From Atractiella rhizophila (taxonomy: Eukaryota), in NCBI GenBank assembly GCA_021432655.1, contig MU271326.1, forward strand, positions 1 to 64,000: a stretch of DNA of 64,000 bases. Reading direction: 5' to 3'. The translations under genes and the position numbers were made by a program. The notes beneath the pieces were generated by a model. That model made no database searches and was not told the origin of the DNA. It was given only the letters and a program-made list of their open reading frames with translations. This document shows positions 60,765-64,000 of this stretch, piece after piece (positions within the stretch are counted from its first letter, which is position 1; each line of letters starts with the position of its first letter).

Positions 60765-61430
60765 ACAGCAGCCAGAAAAGCAACTGGTTGATAGCATGAT
60801 TTACACCCTGCTCGGAGAACCACCACTGCTCCCTCTCACGTGGTCTGTCGCCAGAAGAGACATACGAGATGCTAGCGTCGATGCCAAGGGGCCAAGGGCT
60901 CAAGCCTCCATCTTTATCCAGCCCCCCTCCTATCTGGAAACATCTCCGTGAATGACTACCTACACCGAATCGGGATCAAAGTGGACCCAGGCTGCAACCA
61001 CTACGGCATGCATGATACTATTTCCCACTTTTTCTTTGAATGCGAAGAACGCGACGAAGAAAGGAGGAAGCTAAGTGTCAGGCTGAGGAAGAAGGACATC
61101 CGGTTCAGGTCTCTAGCGACCTCTTAAGCAATCTGGAGGCGATCCAAGCGGTATGGGAATTCATTAGGAGGAGTGGCAAGTTCAACTTATGGATCAAGAG
61201 GCTGCAAAGGTGTTAGATAGGAGAAAGGAGGAGAGAAAGAAGATAGGAGGTGGAAAGGAAGAGGAAAAAAGGGAGGACTGGGAGGACTAATCACCTCTAA
61301 GGTAAGTCCTCTCCAAGAATGTCTTAAAAACTTTCACTTAGCCATCGCAACTTAGAATCCCCCTCATGGTCATCCTTCTCAACGGTCATATTCCTTGTAC
61401 GGGGTTCTGGGGCTTCATTACATTTCTTCC
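60765..61430 (+). mobile_element. Degenerate LINE 3' fragment
   Basis: Visible homology to 13750-14220 (ECEE..ERRKL..KKDIRFRSL, AVWEFIRRSGKFNLWI). Confidence 0.85.
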
Positions 61431-64000
61431 TTTCTTAAATTTTCTTGTCGCCATACATTGCATCCCACTCCCACCAACGTACTCCGCTCACAAGTGAACC
61501 ATTTTTTTTTCTAACCTTACTCCCCATATGTGCAACAGGAGGTACCTTAGCACTGCCATTGGGAAGAAGGGGGAAAGGCACCATAAGGCATTTTCTGACC
61601 GACTGGAACAAGAGATTGGATGAAGACGTGAACTCCATAGCTCGTTCATACATTCATCTAAGAGCTGCGAATACTCAGAATCACAGCAAACGGAACTGGC
61701 AAGAATTGTGACGCCGAATGCATTGGATTTGGAGATGAACTTAGTATATAACTTGTGTAAGTAAAGGGATTAAAGGAACCACCAAACCAGATTGCGTGAC
61801 GACTTTATCCGATCTGAAATAACAGACAGAAAAGATTAGATAGAGGCAGGACGACGCTCCGTCATTTTGCGCAAAACACAGTCTGGGATGGCAGACGAGT
61901 TTTGCCGTCAGAATTCCCAAAGTGGCATCATGATAGGGAGGCGTTGAGCGCTTGTCTTCAAAGGAGGTGTAGAAGAGAAGTTTCTTGTCGTCCGCATGGA
62001 TCATATGAAATCAACATGGATGTGCTTTGTGGAGTTAGACCTCAAGCGTTCAAGAAGTGTTTACTATGATCATTGATCATTGCCCTTCTTCAATTCCTTC
62101 ATGCCTTCATCCACATGTAGACTACTGGTTGGGTTGGTGCCAACTGAGTTCAGTTGGGCTAAGTCCTTCTCCTTGACCCACTGTGGCTTGTTTAGACCTC
62201 CACAAAACGTCAGGGTCCAAGTGACAGGGTTGTTCCGCTTTCTCCTCCCCCCCCCGAGAACAAAAGTCGTGCACAGTGACTGCCTGCATATTCTCCTCTC
62301 CTTCGAATCAGGGTTCGGTGTCCAAATCTTCACTCCTCCTCTCTCTGAAGAGGCATCAGCCCATGGCTTGGTTTCGCCATCAAAGGAGCGGTGGGAGGCG
62401 GAGAGCAAGAGTTGAAATTCATGCCTTCTGGGAATATGTATTTACAACCTCTATTGGCGAGTTGGACGATGTAGGGATTGGTTTCCTTCTGATTAGGGGT
62501 GATCGAGGGAACCATCAGGCATTGGAGGCTACGTGGGAGGTGAGGGAGCGGGTGGGAGAGGCAGCACGTTGAAAAGGTGAGGACGCTGTGGTGCGAAGTC
62601 TTCAAGGATGTCAAGGGCGGAGGAGGAACATGCGTTAAGGTTATTACCCTGTTTGGGCGGGCGCAGATTCAAACCCCAACACTATTTTTCAATGGCTTTG
62701 TCACATCACTTTGTCTTTCTCACAGTCATGAAGGCCTTGGTCGCTGCCAATGCCTTCTTCAAGTTTGCGCCAGATCCTAAAAGACCCAGAAACGACAGTT
62801 TCTTGGTGGCAGTGTATGACTCAATTGTCCTTAAACGGTTTAAACGCATGTTCATGAAGATTAAAGCTCAGGGAGGCAGTATTACGGAGGATATTACTAA
62901 TGAGGCAATCCGGAAGAGGAGAAATCGAGTATGTTGCTTGGTTATTTCAGCTGGAGAATACTCACTTCAAGATCGAAGCTTGCTCAAGTCTGCAAAGAGT
63001 TTGCAGATGCTAGTCAGTTTCCTGAATGGTTTGTTGCCTTGTAGGCAACTACGACTTGACGTCAGATGACGAGGATCTTAATAACGGAGGTTATAAGATC
63101 AAAACCAAATTTTTCCACTCAGACTTTAGGATCTGGTTCATCGCTTCTTTGACGACAGACGGTTAGAAGCTCAGTCCTATGAAAAACGATCTCGCCGAAA
63201 GCCAACGCTCCAGTTTCTTCCTACAGATTGTCAAGGGGAGAGGTCAAAGTTTTGCCTGCCTCTAGTACCAAAAAACGCCACAGACGCAGTCAAAATGAAC
63301 AACAAAGTCCCAGTGTACATTTTCTCTCTATCTGTCTACAATAATCTTCCTCCAAGCACCCACACATGCTTAAATGCCCAAGGAAGAGCACGACATCTCT
63401 CCTTCAAGCCGGACTCCTTTGGAATCCACGAATCATGTCTTTGGGCAGGGTAAGGTCCATCCAAATGAATGATAAGACCCGCCGGGTGCCATTATGGCCT
63501 GAAACTTTTGCCCGTGTAACCAGTCGTGTGCATTAAAGGCTTGCTTTTGATTTTCTGTTGGGCGACAAGTTGGTCGGACGGTGCAGTCGATGAATCCCCA
63601 GCAATTGTGAAGAGGAGCCCTTCTTGCTGAGATCAGGTGGCATAGTATGCTAGGCGTTCGGCAGTGAAGTAATGTGCAGGAAAATTCAATGACATGAGCC
63701 TACATCCTGGCTAAGAACTCGATTATTCTGTTGAGTGTGAGCGAGAGACATGCTCGACTATGCCCATATTCAACGTATACATAAGAGTGCAAAGAGTTCA
63801 TCACCTTGGAAAGCCCTCATCTTGGGAATATGGATGGTGTTCGGGATTAGAAGGGCTTAACGAGCACATTGAAGCTCGTGAATGCTGCTAAACCTGCGAA
63901 AGTAGCTATAACACTCATCTGGTCAATTCAACAAGAGGCATACCTTGTCAAAAGCTTGCCTTGCGAGCGATTGGTTTCCAGCTTATGCCAGTCAATGGTT

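Noticed and set aside
61430..64000. Possible coding remnants (e.g. 62608-63069)
   Set aside because: No diagnostic motif; cannot support a call.

Overview
Fungal (most likely basidiomycete) nuclear DNA with short GT-AG introns. Host genes lie at the left end (IDI1, an APH-family phosphotransferase with an upstream nuclease-kinase-like ORF, a cytochrome P450) and near the right end (CCT8). Between them is a ~50 kb nested transposon block: a near full-length Tad1/I-group LINE plus three LINE 3' fragments, four hAT remnants, a Tc1/IS630-like fragment, Helitrons, a Ty1/copia element and several solo LTRs. The block also holds a PUF4-like gene, a sesquiterpene synthase and a FunK1-type kinase. Main observations: (1) a 3341-bp cassette (LINE 3' end, hAT remnant, 5'-clipped terpene synthase) sits inside the PUF gene between identical 82-bp direct repeats, resembling LINE 3' transduction; (2) a ~230-280 bp mini-Helitron family carries a tRNA-3'-half/B-box-like motif, with one copy 19 bp upstream of the CCT8 ATG and another 173 bp upstream of the kinase; (3) CCT8 has an unusually long 634-nt intron with hairpins; (4) two genes show a nuclease-fold plus kinase architecture. 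Many frameshifts are single-base indels in homopolymers and may be assembly errors. All calls come from reading motifs by eye; no searches were run.
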